A DNA stretch of 63,967 bases, filler included. It is 10 parts of 10 records of this genome, joined end to end, with 100 filler letters (N's around TTAATTAATTAA, not from the genome) between each part and the next. Parts side by side here need not be neighbours in the genome. Positions count along the whole stretch, not along the records: positions 30,018 to 32,344 come from SRR11831586_1652; positions 32,445 to 34,576 come from SRR11831586_1666; positions 34,677 to 39,075 come from SRR11831586_1674; positions 39,176 to 41,626 come from SRR11831586_1686; positions 41,727 to 48,049 come from SRR11831586_1689; 5 more parts are not named here. One strand, given 5' to 3'. The position numbers and the translations under genes were made by a program. Shown in pieces: positions 30,159 to 42,616 of this stretch; the first letter of the stretch is position 1, and each line of letters begins with the position of its first letter. The notes under the pieces are model-generated. The model worked only from the letters and a program-made list of their open reading frames with translations, made no database searches and was not told the DNA's origin.

Positions 30159-31735
30159 TTGATTATGCAACGTAATTCAATGAGCGCCGTTGTGCGCGAC
30201 ATGATCCAAAAGACTATCATCCGGCTTCAGGTAGAAGATGCCAAGAAGCAAGCGGAGAAAGAGAAACTGCGTGCGACGCGATTCATACCGCAACCGCAGC
30301 GGAAACCCAGACCGAGTTCGGCCGCTGCTCTGAGACCGCCCTCATCAACTGGATCACCATCTCTGTCTGCCCGGCAATCGCCATCCTTCAAAACTCCTGT
30401 ACTCGGCCGTGATGTTCACGAAATGGACCAGCTCCATCTTGGTTTGAGCCGCGCTGACGAACATTCCACACACATGCAGGTTCCTCATCGATCGCCGTCT
30501 CCCCAACCGCGCACTCGCGCCACCTTCAGTTTGGCTGTCAGCGCGTCTGCTACACTTTTGTTTGCGGCACAGCATGTGGCTGGTTCTGAGTCGGAGCGGC
30601 CCGACCGTGTGAGTGCACAGTCCACCATGCGGGAGTCTGGGAGCGGGAGCGGGGCGGGCGTAATAGGCAGCTCAGGGCAACGAAGCATATCTTTCACAGA
30701 TACCACAGAACGGTCGCAGGTGCGTGAGTTGCCCGGTATGAGTGGCAGTGTGAGTGCGGTACAGAGCAGCCCCCGCAGCGCCGTGAGGACGCAGAGAAGA
30801 GAGGCAGGTACGATGACGGATATCAGCGTTCTGAGGACAGAGCACCAGTCACTCTCCGCGTCTGACGCACAGGAGCCGAGGGAACGAGTGTGTGCATCGT
30901 CCTCGAATGATCTTCGCGGAGCCAGTAGCAGGGGCAGCATACCGCTGAGTCCCATGCAGCGACGGGATATGTATCTGCCTGCGGCGCACGTGATGCAATC
31001 GGACGAGAAGTTGAGTGGGGCGGGTGTGGGTGGGAATGACGATGAGGGTGAGGGTGGGGAGAGAGATGCAGAAACAGACAACGAGGACGATGACGATTAC
31101 GACAGCAGCACGGGCAGTAGTGATCGCGAAACCTCGGGCGGGGGAACAGTTGTTGCTGGGGAGAGACGGGCGAGTGTTAAGGAGCAGACGAACATTCCTG
31201 GTTCCACGATGCAAGCGCTGCCACGGATGCCCAGCATGCGAAAGAACCGAACACAGGAGCAGCTGCTTGTGCGAGAACGTCGGCAGAGGGTACGCGCGTG
31301 AATTCCGCTTGCGTCGTTAATGTTGTGCTTGCATCGATCATCTCTATAAGAGAGCCCCATACGGTTCTAGCAGTCATCACTTACTCATTCCACATGTAGG
31401 AGAGGAGGGCGAGACGATTTCGAGAGCTTCTCCAAGACCGGTTCTATGTGGAGGTGCGTTGCTCTCACGTTCCCTCATTCCTCATACCTGCGTCCTCTCG
31501 TGGCGTTCGCATACAACAGTCAGATGCGCTCTATATTTGTGCCTCACGCTGTCATCAATGCACACAGATGCCGCGAGCCGTGCATGACTGTGTGATTGAG
31601 GCGGCCCTGCCCATTGTGCAACACACTGCTGTGTTGTATCGCAACACTATTGGTGCAACGAGCAAGTTGACTATGGCCGCAGAGAGACATGTAAGACGGC
31701 TGCGTCGTATTATCGGACTGTCTCCCTCGGGATAG
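30159..31735 (+). CDS. Eukaryotic hypothetical Ser-rich, disordered protein; exons 30159-31289, 31400-31453, 31568-31735; 5' end uncertain
   Basis: Long low-complexity ORF followed by two GT-AG introns that keep frame to TAG at 31733-31735. Confidence 0.65.
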
Positions 31736-32293
31736 CCGTAGTGTTGTGCGAGTATGGTAGTGAAACATGTGTGTTTTTTATGACTCGTGACCGCCCGTGC
31801 AGGTATGTGGGCACTTGACTGCTGCTCCACACTATCGTGGTTGCATTCAGCAGCACTTGTCTGTGCCAGATTTCGCTTTTAGTGATTTGTAGTGGATGTG
31901 CGTGTAGGTTACGATATTCCTGTTTGTTACAGGGAATGTGTACATAAAATTTCAACCCAACATGCACCCCGCAGAGCGCCAGTTTGCTTGGTCAAAAATT
32001 GTATTGCATGATTAACTACATTCAATACAGCCACTTTTCGGACGCAGTATAAATTGAAATAACAACATCCACCGTTTACAAACACCTCCAAATCACAAAA
32101 TTGTAGCAACACCGTGCAAGATAAAGAATTAAAAACAAGGAGTCCCATCCTCTTGATGGGTTTCCCCTACCAGTTCACCAGTCATTGACGGGATCAAAAT
32201 AGCTGTCAATTGACACACCAACCCCACCACAAGCGCAACGCGCACAGCTACACACACATCCAACTCCGGTCACCTGAAACACAATTGAGTGTC

Positions 32294-32344
32294 TTAGTTC
32301 TCGAGGGCGTATCGCACCACCACGTCCGCGAACCACGCGTCACC
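32294..32344 (-). CDS. Possible 3' end of a eukaryotic gene (GDAWFADVVVRYALEN*)
   Basis: Open frame from contig edge to TAA with GC3-rich codons; very short. Confidence 0.35.
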   Translation of the reverse strand, partial: GDAWFADVVVRYALEN

Positions 32345-32444
32345 NNNNNNNNNNNNNNNNNNNNNNNNNNNNNNNNNNNNNNNNNNNNTTAATTAATTAA
32401 NNNNNNNNNNNNNNNNNNNNNNNNNNNNNNNNNNNNNNNNNNNN
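32345..32444. other. Artificial contig linker
   Basis: 44 N + TTAATTAATTAA + 44 N. Confidence 0.98.
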
Positions 32445-33108
32445 TTTTTATCGCAAACACGCTTGGACGCTGCTCGCGGGTCTGCTGCGAGTGTACCGGA
32501 CGCGTGGAGAATGTGTGGCTCCGATGCATATATTGCATACCGTGTGCAGGTGCGCAGCGCGTAGTAACTGGCCCACAGTGTGGTTCGTCACGGCCTCAAG
32601 TTGCGGGCTGCAGTGTGATAGACGTCGTTGCTTGTGACGGCTGTGTTTCCGTGCTGTTAATATTCTGCTGCAGAGAGGACTTGGTGTTGTGAAGCAGCTC
32701 ATCCACGCGGCACGGGCGGACGGAGAGTTTCGGGTATGCCCTGCTGTGCAACACAGTCAGCTGGTTAACTTTGTGTTCGATCCCAGACTCGCTTGGACAC
32801 TCGAACCGCCGTGTCAACCGTCGAACGTATTTGTGCGTGCGCCCGCGATTTGGCCAAACACGAACGGATGCTGGGCATGCGTGCAATTCCTGTTTTAGTA
32901 CCACGTACGCCGCTTTTGCTATGATACCACAGTGTTTTTGACCGCACTCGTGTAGCGTTGGTGGATTCGATTTTAGCTCTGGCACGCACCGATTTATACA
33001 GTCCCCTGGTATGTAGCACCCGTTCTCGTGTTCTACCACATGTATGCGGTCCTTGATGTTGCCTACGAACAGATCTGCGTGAAACGGCAGGTTGACCTCA
33101 CATGCTGA
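32445..33108 (+). CDS. 3' part of eukaryotic hypothetical gene; exons 32445-32549, 32674-32733, 32787-32904, 33017-33108
   Basis: Three GT-AG introns give one open frame ending VKRQVDLTC*. Confidence 0.55.
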
Positions 33109-33405
33109 CGCTCGGTATAGTTGCAAAGTCAGATGGCAGAGCTGCGGTACCAAATGATGTGTGTCGAAACGTGTGTTGGGGACGCGGTCCTGGGCAGCTG
33201 CCACGATCTGCAAACTATTTTCAACAACTATTTGGAGGAGTACGGATGATACAAACACGCACGCCTCTGTTTTCCTCAAAGAGTGTGTGAACTAACAACG
33301 GAGACACTCGCGCGGAAGTCATGATGTCCATGCTGACATGTTCATACATTTATCGGGTTTTGTGATTTTCTATAAAGTTACATTTTGTATTCTGCGACGG
33401 TGTGA

Positions 33406-34430
33406 TTACCGTCGCCCTGGTTTTCGCCGCCCAAACATAGCGCCTCGTGGTACGCTCAAAGCAGCAATCTGCACGCACACAACACTATGTAAATATCTTG
33501 GCGCCTCACGACGAACTGTCAGAGTGACAACACGCGGCCGAAGTATCAATGATGACACACGCACGTAAACTCTTCGCAGCACCGCACCCACACTGCTACA
33601 TCGCACAAACGACAGCAAAACAGATCAAGCTGCATACAACCATCCAATCACGCACACCCTCTCATTCTGCCGCAGTCGCGTACCTCCTTCGCTAGTATAT
33701 CCTCCTCCGAGACTCGCGGCTTAGGAACAGACCTTTTCGCAGAGGAGGCAGGTGTGGGCGTGTGGGAGGGTGTGGAGCTGACGGGACCCGCGGTCGGTGT
33801 TTTGGTCTTCCGCTCAGGCTCCGTGGGAGAACTCTCTGACACCGGCTCCCCCTAACAAAGCATACATCGTCAGAGAGCGGTGATCATGACACAGTGAAGG
33901 GGCAACTACAGCAGAGCACCACGACAAACGGTACGCACAAGCAAGACAGACAGAGGCGTGATGATGTAATAAAAGCGTACCGGGTTCATATTACTCGGGC
34001 TGAACATTTCCGAAACCGGTGCAGACAACGCAGCACTGTCGTATCCGAACGACGAGTGTCCGTTGGAGGGGTGTGGAGACCCTCTGACAGGAAGAATGCC
34101 GTTCTCTCGCCGGTCCACCATCGTTTGCATGGCCTGTGTGCACAGAAAACACACAGACACACACAATGAGATTAGCACCGCGTTAAAAACAACACAGGGA
34201 GAACAACAAACACACGTGCACAGAACGTAATTCCCGCTGCGGTCTGATTCAACCGCGCATCACACGGCAACCACACCCCATCCCCTTATTTCTTCGTCAT
34301 CGCATACCCGCAATTGTGACTCGGACCCCGCACTGTGCAGCTTCTCCCTGGACGAAAGCAAGGACTCGCGCGACTCCACGGACTGCAGACGCTGCCCAAG
34401 TTTGTATTGCTGCTGAATGATCTGTTGCCG
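33406..34430 (-). CDS. 3' part of eukaryotic Ser/Pro-rich hypothetical gene; exons 34430-34308, 34133-33981, 33851-33684, 33468-33406
   Basis: Phase-0 GT-AG introns with pyrimidine-rich acceptors; ends MFGRRKPGRR*. Confidence 0.6.
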
Positions 34431-34576
34431 CTGTACACGAAAGGCATGTTAAAGAAGAGCAAGCGAAGGATTAACAGCCACACAAAGAACAACACAAAAC
34501 CAGGAAAATAGAACAGAAACGGAGAGAACGAGAGAGAGGGGGGAAGATGTCCAACACCCGTCCAGGCGAAAGCACC

Positions 34577-34676
34577 NNNNNNNNNNNNNNNNNNNNNNNN
34601 NNNNNNNNNNNNNNNNNNNNTTAATTAATTAANNNNNNNNNNNNNNNNNNNNNNNNNNNNNNNNNNNNNNNNNNNN
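34577..34676. other. Artificial contig linker
   Basis: 44 N + TTAATTAATTAA + 44 N. Confidence 0.98.
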
Positions 34677-37600
34677 CCAACAGGTGCGGGGAAAACCACC
34701 CTGCTGGACGCCATTTGTCTGGCGCTGTATCACGAAACTCCGCGTCTCTCTAACGTTTCACAATCGCAAAATGATCTCATGACCCGCGATACCGCCGAAT
34801 GTCTGGCGGAGGTGGAGTTTGAAGTGAAAGGTGAAGCGTACCGTGCATTCTGGAGCCAGAATCGGGCGCGTAACCAACCCGACGGTAATTTGCAGGTGCC
34901 ACGCGTAGAGCTGGCGCGCTGCGCCGACGGCAAAATTCTCGCCGACAAAGTGAAAGATAAGCTGGAACTGACAGCGACGTTAACCGGGCTGGATTACGGG
35001 CGCTTCACCCGTTCGATGCTGCTTTCGCAGGGGCAATTTGCTGCCTTCCTGAATGCCAAACCCAAAGAACGCGCGGAATTGCTCGAGGAGTTAACCGGCA
35101 CTGAAATCTACGGGCAAATCTCGGCGATGGTTTTTGAGCAGCACAAATCGGCCCGCACAGAGCTGGAGAAGCTGCAAGCGCAGGCCAGCGGCGTCACGTT
35201 GCTCACGCCGGAACAAGTGCAATCGCTGACAGCGAGTTTGCAGGTACTTACTGACGAAGAAAAACAGTTAATTACCGCGCAGCAGCAAGAACAACAATCG
35301 CTAAACTGGTTAACGCGTCAGGACGAATTGCAGCAAGAAGCCAGCCGCCGTCAGCAGGCCTTGCAACAGGCGTTAGCCGAAGAAGAAAAAGCGCAACCTC
35401 AACTGGCGGCGCTTAGTCTGGCACAACCGGCACGAAATCTTCGTCCACACTGGGAACGCATCGCAGAACACAGCGCGGCGCTGGCGCATATTCGCCAGCA
35501 GATTGAAGAAGTAAATACTCGCTTACAGAGCACAATGGCGCTTCGCGCGAGCATTCGCCACCACGCGGCGAAGCAGTCAGCAGAATTACAGCAGCAGCAA
35601 CAAAGCCTGAATACCTGGTTACAGGAACACGACCGCTTCCGTCAGTGGAACAACGAACCGGCGGGTTGGCGTGCGCAGTTCTCCCAACAAACCAGCGATC
35701 GCGAGCATCTGCGGCAATGGCAGCAACAGTTAACCCATGCTGAGCAAAAACTTAATGCGCTTGCGGCGATCACGTTGACGTTAACCGCCGATGAAGTTGC
35801 TACCGCCCTGGCGCAACATGCTGAGCAACGCCCACTGCGTCAGCACCTGGTCGCGCTGCATGGACAGATTGTTCCCCAACAAAAACGTCTGGCGCAGTTA
35901 CAGGTCGCTATCCAGAATGTCACGCAAGAACAGACGCAACGTAACGCCGCACTTAACGAAATGCGCCAGCGTTATAAAGAAAAGACGCAGCAACTTGCCG
36001 ATGTGAAAACCATTTGCGAGCAGGAAGCGCGCATCAAAACGCTGGAAGCTCAACGTGCACAGTTACAGGCGGGTCAGCCTTGCCCACTTTGTGGTTCCAC
36101 CAGCCACCCGGCGGTCGAGGCGTATCAGGCGCTGGAGCCTGGCGTTAATCAGTCTCGATTACTGGCGCTGGAAAACGAAGTTAAAAAGCTCGGTGAAGAA
36201 GGTGCGACGCTACGTGGGCAACTGGACGCCATAACAAAGCAGCTTCAGCGTGATGAAAACGAAGCGCAAAGCCTCCGACAAGATGAGCAAGCACTTACTC
36301 AACAATGGCAAGCCGTCACGGCCAGCCTCAATATCACCTTGCAGCCACTGGACGATATTCAACCGTGGCTGGATGCACAAGATGAGCACGAACGCCAGCT
36401 GCGGTTACTCAGCCAACGGCATGAATTACAAGGGCAGATTGCCGCGCATAATCAGCAAATTATCCAGTATCAACAGCAAATTGAACAACGCCAGCAACTA
36501 CTTTTAACGACATTGACGGGTTATGCACTGACATTGCCACAGGAAGATGAAGAAGAGAGCTGGTTGGCGACACGTCAGCAAGAAGCGCAGAGCTGGCAGC
36601 AACGCCAGAACGAATTAACCGCGCTGCAAAACCGTATTCAGCAGCTGACGCCGATTCTGGAAACGTTGCCGCAAAGTGATGAACTCCCGCACTGCGAAGA
36701 AACTGTGGTATTGGAAAACTGGCGGCAGGTACATGAACAATGTCTCGCATTACACAGCCAGCAGCAGACGTTACAGCAACAGGATGTTCTGGCGGCGCAA
36801 AGTCTGCAAAAAGCCCAGGCGCAGTTTGACACCGCGCTACAGGCCAGCGTCTTTGACGATCAGCAGGCGTTCCTTGCGGCGCTAATGGATGAACAAACAC
36901 TAACGCAGCTGGAACAGCTCAAGCAGAATCTGGAAAACCAGCGCCGTCAGGCGCAAACTCTGGTCACTCAGACAGCAGAAACGCTGGCACAGCATCAACA
37001 ACACCGACCTGACGACGGGTTGGCTCTCACTGTGACGGTGGAGCAGATTCAGCAAGAGTTAGCGCAAACTCACCAAAAGTTGCGTGAAAACACCACGAGT
37101 CAAGGCGAGATTCGCCAGCAGCTGAAGCAGGATGCAGATAACCGTCAGCAACAACAAACCTTAATGCAGCAAATTGCTCAAATGACGCAGCAGGTTGAGG
37201 ACTGGGGATATCTGAATTCGCTAATAGGTTCCAAAGAGGGCGATAAATTCCGCAAGTTTGCCCAGGGGCTGACGCTGGATAATTTAGTCCATCTCGCTAA
37301 TCAGCAACTTACCCGGCTGCACGGGCGCTATCTGTTACAGCGCAAAGCCAGCGAGGCGCTGGAAGTCGAGGTTGTTGATACCTGGCAGGCAGATGCGGTA
37401 CGCGATACCCGTACCCTTTCCGGCGGCGAAAGTTTCCTCGTTAGTCTGGCGCTGGCGCTGGCGCTTTCGGATCTGGTCAGCCATAAAACACGTATTGACT
37501 CGCTGTTCCTTGATGAAGGTTTTGGCACGCTGGATAGCGAAACGCTGGATACCGCCCTTGATGCGCTGGATGCCCTGAACGCCAGTGGCAAAACCATCGG

Positions 37601-37712
37601 TGTGATTAGCCACGTAGAAGCGATGAAAGAGCGTATTCCGGTGCAGATCAAAGTGAAAAAGATCAACGGCCTGGGCTACAGCAAACTGGAAAGTACGTTT
37701 GCAGTGAAATAA
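34677..37712 (+). CDS. sbcC: SMC-like nuclease subunit SbcC, 5'-truncated
   Basis: Contig starts within Walker A (TGAGKTT); CPLC hook, [13 protein letters not shown]. Confidence 0.98.
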   Translation, partial: PTGAGKTTLLDAICLALYHETPRLSNVSQSQNDLMTRDTAECLAEVEFEVKGEAYRAFWSQNRARNQPDGNLQVPRVELARCADGKILADKVKDKLELTATLTGLDYGRFTRSMLLSQGQFAAFLNAKPKERAELLEELTGTEIYGQISAMVFEQHKSARTELEKLQAQASGVTLLTPEQVQSLTASLQVLTDEEKQLITAQQQEQQSLNWLTRQDELQQEASRRQQALQQALAEEEKAQPQLAALSLAQPARNLRPHWERIAEHSAALAHIRQQIEEVNTRLQSTMALRASIRHHAAKQSAELQQQQQSLNTWLQEHDRFRQWNNEPAGWRAQFSQQTSDREHLRQWQQQLTHAEQKLNALAAITLTLTADEVATALAQHAEQRPLRQHLVALHGQIVPQQKRLAQLQVAIQNVTQEQTQRNAALNEMRQRYKEKTQQLADVKTICEQEARIKTLEAQRAQLQAGQPCPLCGSTSHPAVEAYQALEPGVNQSRLLALENEVKKLGEEGATLRGQLDAITKQLQRDENEAQSLRQDEQALTQQWQAVTASLNITLQPLDDIQPWLDAQDEHERQLRLLSQRHELQGQIAAHNQQIIQYQQQIEQRQQLLLTTLTGYALTLPQEDEEESWLATRQQEAQSWQQRQNELTALQNRIQQLTPILETLPQSDELPHCEETVVLENWRQVHEQCLALHSQQQTLQQQDVLAAQSLQKAQAQFDTALQASVFDDQQAFLAALMDEQTLTQLEQLKQNLENQRRQAQTLVTQTAETLAQHQQHRPDDGLALTVTVEQIQQELAQTHQKLRENTTSQGEIRQQLKQDADNRQQQQTLMQQIAQMTQQVEDWGYLNSLIGSKEGDKFRKFAQGLTLDNLVHLANQQLTRLHGRYLLQRKASEALEVEVVDTWQADAVRDTRTLSGGESFLVSLALALALSDLVSHKTRIDSLFLDEGFGTLDSETLDTALDALDALNASGKTIGVISHVEAMKERIPVQIKVKKINGLGYSKLESTFAVK

Positions 37713-37837
37713 CTATTCAGCAGGATAATGAATACAGAGGGGCGAATTATCTCTTGGCCTTGCTGGTCGTTATCCTGCAAGCTATCACTTTATTGGCTAC
37801 GGTGATTGGTAGCCGTTCTGGTGGTTGTGATGGTGGT

Positions 37838-39022
37838 ATGAAAAAAGTCATTTTATCTTTGGCTCTGGGCACGTTTGGTTTGGGGATGGCCGAATTTGGC
37901 ATTATGGGCGTGCTCACGGAGCTGGCGCATAACGTAGGAATTTCGATTCCTGCCGCCGGGCATATGATCTCGTATTATGCACTGGGGGTGGTGGTCGGTG
38001 CGCCAATCATCGCACTCTTTTCCAGCCGCTACTCACTCAAACATATCTTGTTGTTTCTGGTGGCGTTGTGCGTCATTGGCAACGCCATGTTCACGCTCTC
38101 TTCGTCTTACCTGATGCTCGCCATTGGTCGGCTGGTATCCGGCTTTCCGCATGGCGCATTTTTTGGCGTCGGAGCGATCGTGTTATCAAAAATTATCAAA
38201 CCCGGAAAAGTCACCGCCGCCGTGGCGGGGATGGTTTCCGGGATGACAGTCGCCAATTTGCTGGGCATTCCGCTGGGAACGTATTTAAGTCAGGAATTTA
38301 GCTGGCGTTACACCTTTTTATTGATCGCTGTTTTTAATATTGCGGTGATGGCATCGGTCTATTTTTGGGTGCCAGATATTCGCGACGAGGCGAAAGGAAA
38401 TCTGCGCGAACAATTTCACTTTTTGCGCAGCCCGGCCCCGTGGTTAATTTTCGCCGCCACGATGTTTGGCAACGCAGGTGTGTTTGCCTGGTTCAGCTAC
38501 GTAAAGCCATACATGATGTTTATTTCCGGTTTTTCGGAAACGGCGATGACCTTTATTATGATGTTAGTTGGGCTAGGGATGGTGCTGGGAAATATGCTAA
38601 GTGGCAGGATTTCAGGACGTTATTCACCACTGCGCATTGCAGCAGTGACTGACTTTATAATTGTACTGGCACTGCTGATGCTCTTTTTCTGCGGCGGCAT
38701 GAAAACAACGTCGCTTATTTTTGCTTTTATTTGTTGCGCGGGATTATTTGCCCTTTCAGCACCGCTACAAATATTGTTACTACAAAACGCCAAAGGCGGA
38801 GAGTTATTAGGTGCCGCAGGTGGGCAAATAGCGTTTAACCTCGGTAGCGCCGTCGGCGCATATTGCGGAGGTATGATGCTGACGCTGGGGCTGGCATATA
38901 ATTACGTGGCGCTGCCTGCCGCCCTGCTTTCGTTTGCTGCGATGTCGTCGTTGCTGCTGTATGGTCGCTATAAGCGCCAGCAAGCGGCGGATACTCCGGT
39001 GCTGGCGAAACCACTGGGGTAG
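37838..39022 (+). CDS. araJ: MFS transporter AraJ
   Basis: MKKVILSLALGTF start, 394 aa, downstream of sbcC. Confidence 0.96.
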   Translation: MKKVILSLALGTFGLGMAEFGIMGVLTELAHNVGISIPAAGHMISYYALGVVVGAPIIALFSSRYSLKHILLFLVALCVIGNAMFTLSSSYLMLAIGRLVSGFPHGAFFGVGAIVLSKIIKPGKVTAAVAGMVSGMTVANLLGIPLGTYLSQEFSWRYTFLLIAVFNIAVMASVYFWVPDIRDEAKGNLREQFHFLRSPAPWLIFAATMFGNAGVFAWFSYVKPYMMFISGFSETAMTFIMMLVGLGMVLGNMLSGRISGRYSPLRIAAVTDFIIVLALLMLFFCGGMKTTSLIFAFICCAGLFALSAPLQILLLQNAKGGELLGAAGGQIAFNLGSAVGAYCGGMMLTLGLAYNYVALPAALLSFAAMSSLLLYGRYKRQQAADTPVLAKPLG

Positions 39023-39048
39023 GTTATAGTCTCGGTGCTCATTACTTA

Positions 39049-39075
39049 TTGCCGGATGCGGCGTGAACGCCTTAT
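39049..39075. repeat. REP at contig end
   Basis: GCCGGATGCGGCGTGAACGCCTTAT. Confidence 0.88.
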
Positions 39076-39175
39076 NNNNNNNNNNNNNNNNNNNNNNNNN
39101 NNNNNNNNNNNNNNNNNNNTTAATTAATTAANNNNNNNNNNNNNNNNNNNNNNNNNNNNNNNNNNNNNNNNNNNN
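39076..39175. other. Artificial contig linker
   Basis: 44 N + TTAATTAATTAA + 44 N. Confidence 0.98.
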
Positions 39176-39194
39176 TGTGTGTGTGTGTGTGTGT
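39176..39194. repeat. (TG)n microsatellite at eukaryotic contig start
   Basis: Pure TG run. Confidence 0.85.
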
Positions 39195-39784
39195 TTGTGT
39201 TGTGCACGCGCCTGTTGGGTGAAGACGCCAACTACTCAATCGTGTACGCGTTCGCAAGCTCAACATCTTCGACGCACACATCCTCTCGCACCTCATCCTC
39301 CGTCCTCGTGTTCTTTCTGCTCTCTACGTCTGCGTACATGTCTCACGAACGTGTGTGCGGTAGGTAATCTCATCGCATCCGTTTCTTGATGCCAACCACA
39401 CACCCACCCTCTGGCGGGCTCTGTACATTCCCTTCGTATCCGCTCACAAGGCCCGGTACCTCGACTACGTGTATTTGCGACGGAAAAATTTGTACGAATA
39501 ACGAGACCGAGCCAGAAACGCACGCCTGTCAAACATATATATAACAGTCATGCGCCAGTGTCGGTCCTTCTCATCGCATGATAATTACATACAACGTGAC
39601 AGCGCCCCAACGTAGCGACACGAAACAAAACCCGGAAACACATATCTATCGTCGCACGCAGCGCAAACCACACAGTCAACCGTAGCTTGTAGGACCAACA
39701 CAAACAGCGCTCGACGCCCTATACACTGACTGAATGGTCCCGCGAGCAGAACGAAGTAGGGACCGCTATTACAAGTCTCCGTGC

Positions 39785-41535
39785 TCAGATTGCCTTGGTG
39801 GACGTGACCTACGAAAGACGCAAATCAGCCTAGCTGGCAAGGTATAGCGAGTGTCTTTGAACCACACAACGCTGTGATGTACAGCGTACAGCACAGACCG
39901 CGTGCACCTGATGTGTGCTTCACCACACTCACTCACACAACATGTCGTTCTGTTACTTCCTTCCCACGCACGAAGACGCACTCAACGACACTACTTACCA
40001 CACTATGACGAGAATGGGCTCGACACAAAATAAAAGTGCGTGAGAGAAGGGACGTACCGTGCCGTCCTTCGCAGTGGACGTGAGCAACGCTTCGATGACA
40101 GCCACGTCACGCACTGCCTCAATGGGGGATAGTCCACGTGGATCGATTACAGACTCACCGGTTCGTAACAGATGCTGAGGAGGGTCTACCCGCAACAGAA
40201 GTGAACAAAACAGGGAGGTACGCAAAACTTAAAAACATTGTCACACGATTGAAAAAGCGCAAAGTCCCGTACGCAGGAAACCACATATGCAGTGGTACTA
40301 TTCTAGTGGTTAGAATCAGTTCTGCGGCGCACTACGGGGACCGAATGTTGCTATACACTGTACAGGGCAGAAGAACAAAACACCAAAAACAGAGAAGAGA
40401 GATGTCTGCATACACAAGAGGCACACACATACATGGATTATACGCTCAACAACAACACGCATCCACACACTCCCGCACCTTCGATGGGCTCTATGGTCAG
40501 CGCAGCGATGCCTGCCGAGGAGGGCATGACGCCGGGTGGCATCGGGTCTAGAGGCCGTCCTGCATATCATGTTCGTGAGATATGTGAGTGCGTGCGAGGA
40601 ACCTACCCACATAAAATTAGACAGATACACATAACCTGAACAAACAGAAACACACCCACACACACACACATACATAAATATATACCCGCAGTCGTTCAGA
40701 GGCATACCTCCACGCACAGCCGCGGCAAACGCTGCGAGCTCACGGGGCACACCAGCGAACGGATAAAACACACGCGCCATATGCTTGCAGGAGCTGGGAC
40801 GCACACCCACCCAATATCCTATTACACGGCGGATCAGCTGTGCAGAACACACGTACATACCCCGTCCTAATAACAACAAGAGGACATCCAAAACAACCAA
40901 GCATCCGCAACAGAAACTGTAGTGTCACGAACAGGGCGACAGGCACGGACAGAGTGAATCAACCACAACACCGCACATCAAGCTCTGTACAACGGCGTAC
41001 ACATGTCAAACACCACACGCCTTAGCAGAAACACAGCACGCGCCTGCACACGGACACAACGTACCATGGACGTGGTTGTCCTCGCCCCGCCACAGCTCCA
41101 CATATCCGTTCAAGCACACAACACTATACGCCGCAGTGAGCAACGCACATAAACATACACGCAAACACACACTCTCTCCGACACCTACACACAGAGAGAC
41201 AAGGAATCTTTCATAACCGAACCACTGTATACCATCTCCCCGCGGAAAACACCGCTCCTCCCGAACCTAAACTTCAACCACACAAACACAAAACAATATC
41301 GCCCACACATCCACGTATCACACCTCATCTTGAACTCACGCTGTGTGCCCACAAACGAGATGGTTACACTTGCTGCACTACCGTCCGACATCCAAACCAC
41401 CGCATTAACGGTATCCGGTGCGGGCAACGTGTGTGTGGTGGAGCGACCGTGTGCGGAGACGCGGGTGACCTCGCAGCCACACACCATACGCAGCGCCGCA
41501 ATGAAATGCACACCTCCGTCCAGAACGTATCCACC
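39785..41535 (-). CDS. Eukaryotic Gfo/Idh/MocA-family oxidoreductase, 5'-truncated; exons 41535-41324, 41123-41065, 40818-40708, 40559-40479, 40185-40058, last exon tentative (about 39808-39785)
   Basis: GGYVLDGGVHFIAALR family motif, ELAAFAAAVRG, and SPIEAVRDVAVIEALL C-terminal helix; intron phases consistent. Confidence 0.85.
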
Positions 41536-41626
41536 CTAGAGAGAAGGGGATGTGAGAATGTGTTACGAGGGAGAGAAAGAGAGTGTATGAGTGAGGGAGT
41601 GAATGCGGCATGATGAACAGCGAGGG

Positions 41627-41726
41627 NNNNNNNNNNNNNNNNNNNNNNNNNNNNNNNNNNNNNNNNNNNNTTAATTAATTAANNNNNNNNNNNNNNNNNN
41701 NNNNNNNNNNNNNNNNNNNNNNNNNN
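41627..41726. other. Artificial contig linker
   Basis: 44 N + TTAATTAATTAA + 44 N. Confidence 0.98.
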
Positions 41727-41882
41727 CCCACCCTGGACATGGACGTGCAGAAAGTGGAGAAGGCGCAGGAGTTTCGGCAGCAGGCGCGCAAGCTGGCTGA
41801 CACGAGCCTGTTTGAGCCGTACAAGCTGAACTACACGTTCAAGCTAAAGATCCGCAGCCTGGTGAAGAAAGAGGAGCAGTGA
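41727..41882 (+). CDS. 3' end of an unidentified eukaryotic gene (...LFEPYKLNYTFKLKIRSLVKKEEQ*)
   Basis: 52 open codons from the contig edge, very high GC3, ending TGA. Confidence 0.6.
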   Translation, partial: PTLDMDVQKVEKAQEFRQQARKLADTSLFEPYKLNYTFKLKIRSLVKKEEQ

Positions 41883-42616
41883 AGGGACGCACTCGGCTGG
41901 ATGTGCTGTGCGTGAGCTGTTTCTCCGTGTGTGTTTGGTTCGAGAGTGTGTGCTTTGTATCTCCTTTGGGCTATGCACTGCTGTGGCGGTTGCTCTGTGC
42001 CTTTTCCTTGATGTAACATAGTAGACCTTTGCTGTCACGTAGCAGTATGGTAAAAGATAGATGACTCTGTGCTCCACTTCTTGAACCAGCACAACGCATG
42101 TAGTACACAATCAACTGAAACAAACTCATGATGTATTCATTTGATACATCGTACCTTCCTTCCTCCCCAAAACACAACATACCTCATTCAACAGAGGTCT
42201 CTCTCTCATCGCACATCACTACATACAAAATATACACACCACTACATACATAATAGACTCACATCCGCTAAAACCCTACGCACGCGCCTTGGGTACATGC
42301 CAATACACGCATACGCACACATTTACCGCCTCCTGCACATCACACCGTCGTAGTAAACATGTAGAAGTGCCCTGCACTCCGCACCGACACCATAGCGTCC
42401 AACGCTATGGTGGGACCGACATTCCCATCACATACAAGACAAACATGACCGAATCGGGTCGTACAATAATAATGTAATGACGCCACCGATAGCGCCCAAC
42501 AAAACTGAAAAAAACGCCGCCCATTTGATGCAGACAACGTGCATCAACATACTGGACGCCACGTTTACTCATATACGCCCACGAGACATACACAGGAACG
42601 CACCAGCACCAACGGC

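Noticed and set aside
34779-37712. Gln-rich repetitive protein
   Set aside because: Normal SbcC coiled coil.
39176-39367. Possible terminal exon on the plus strand after the TG repeat
   Set aside because: No convincing acceptor or recognisable protein; unsupported.
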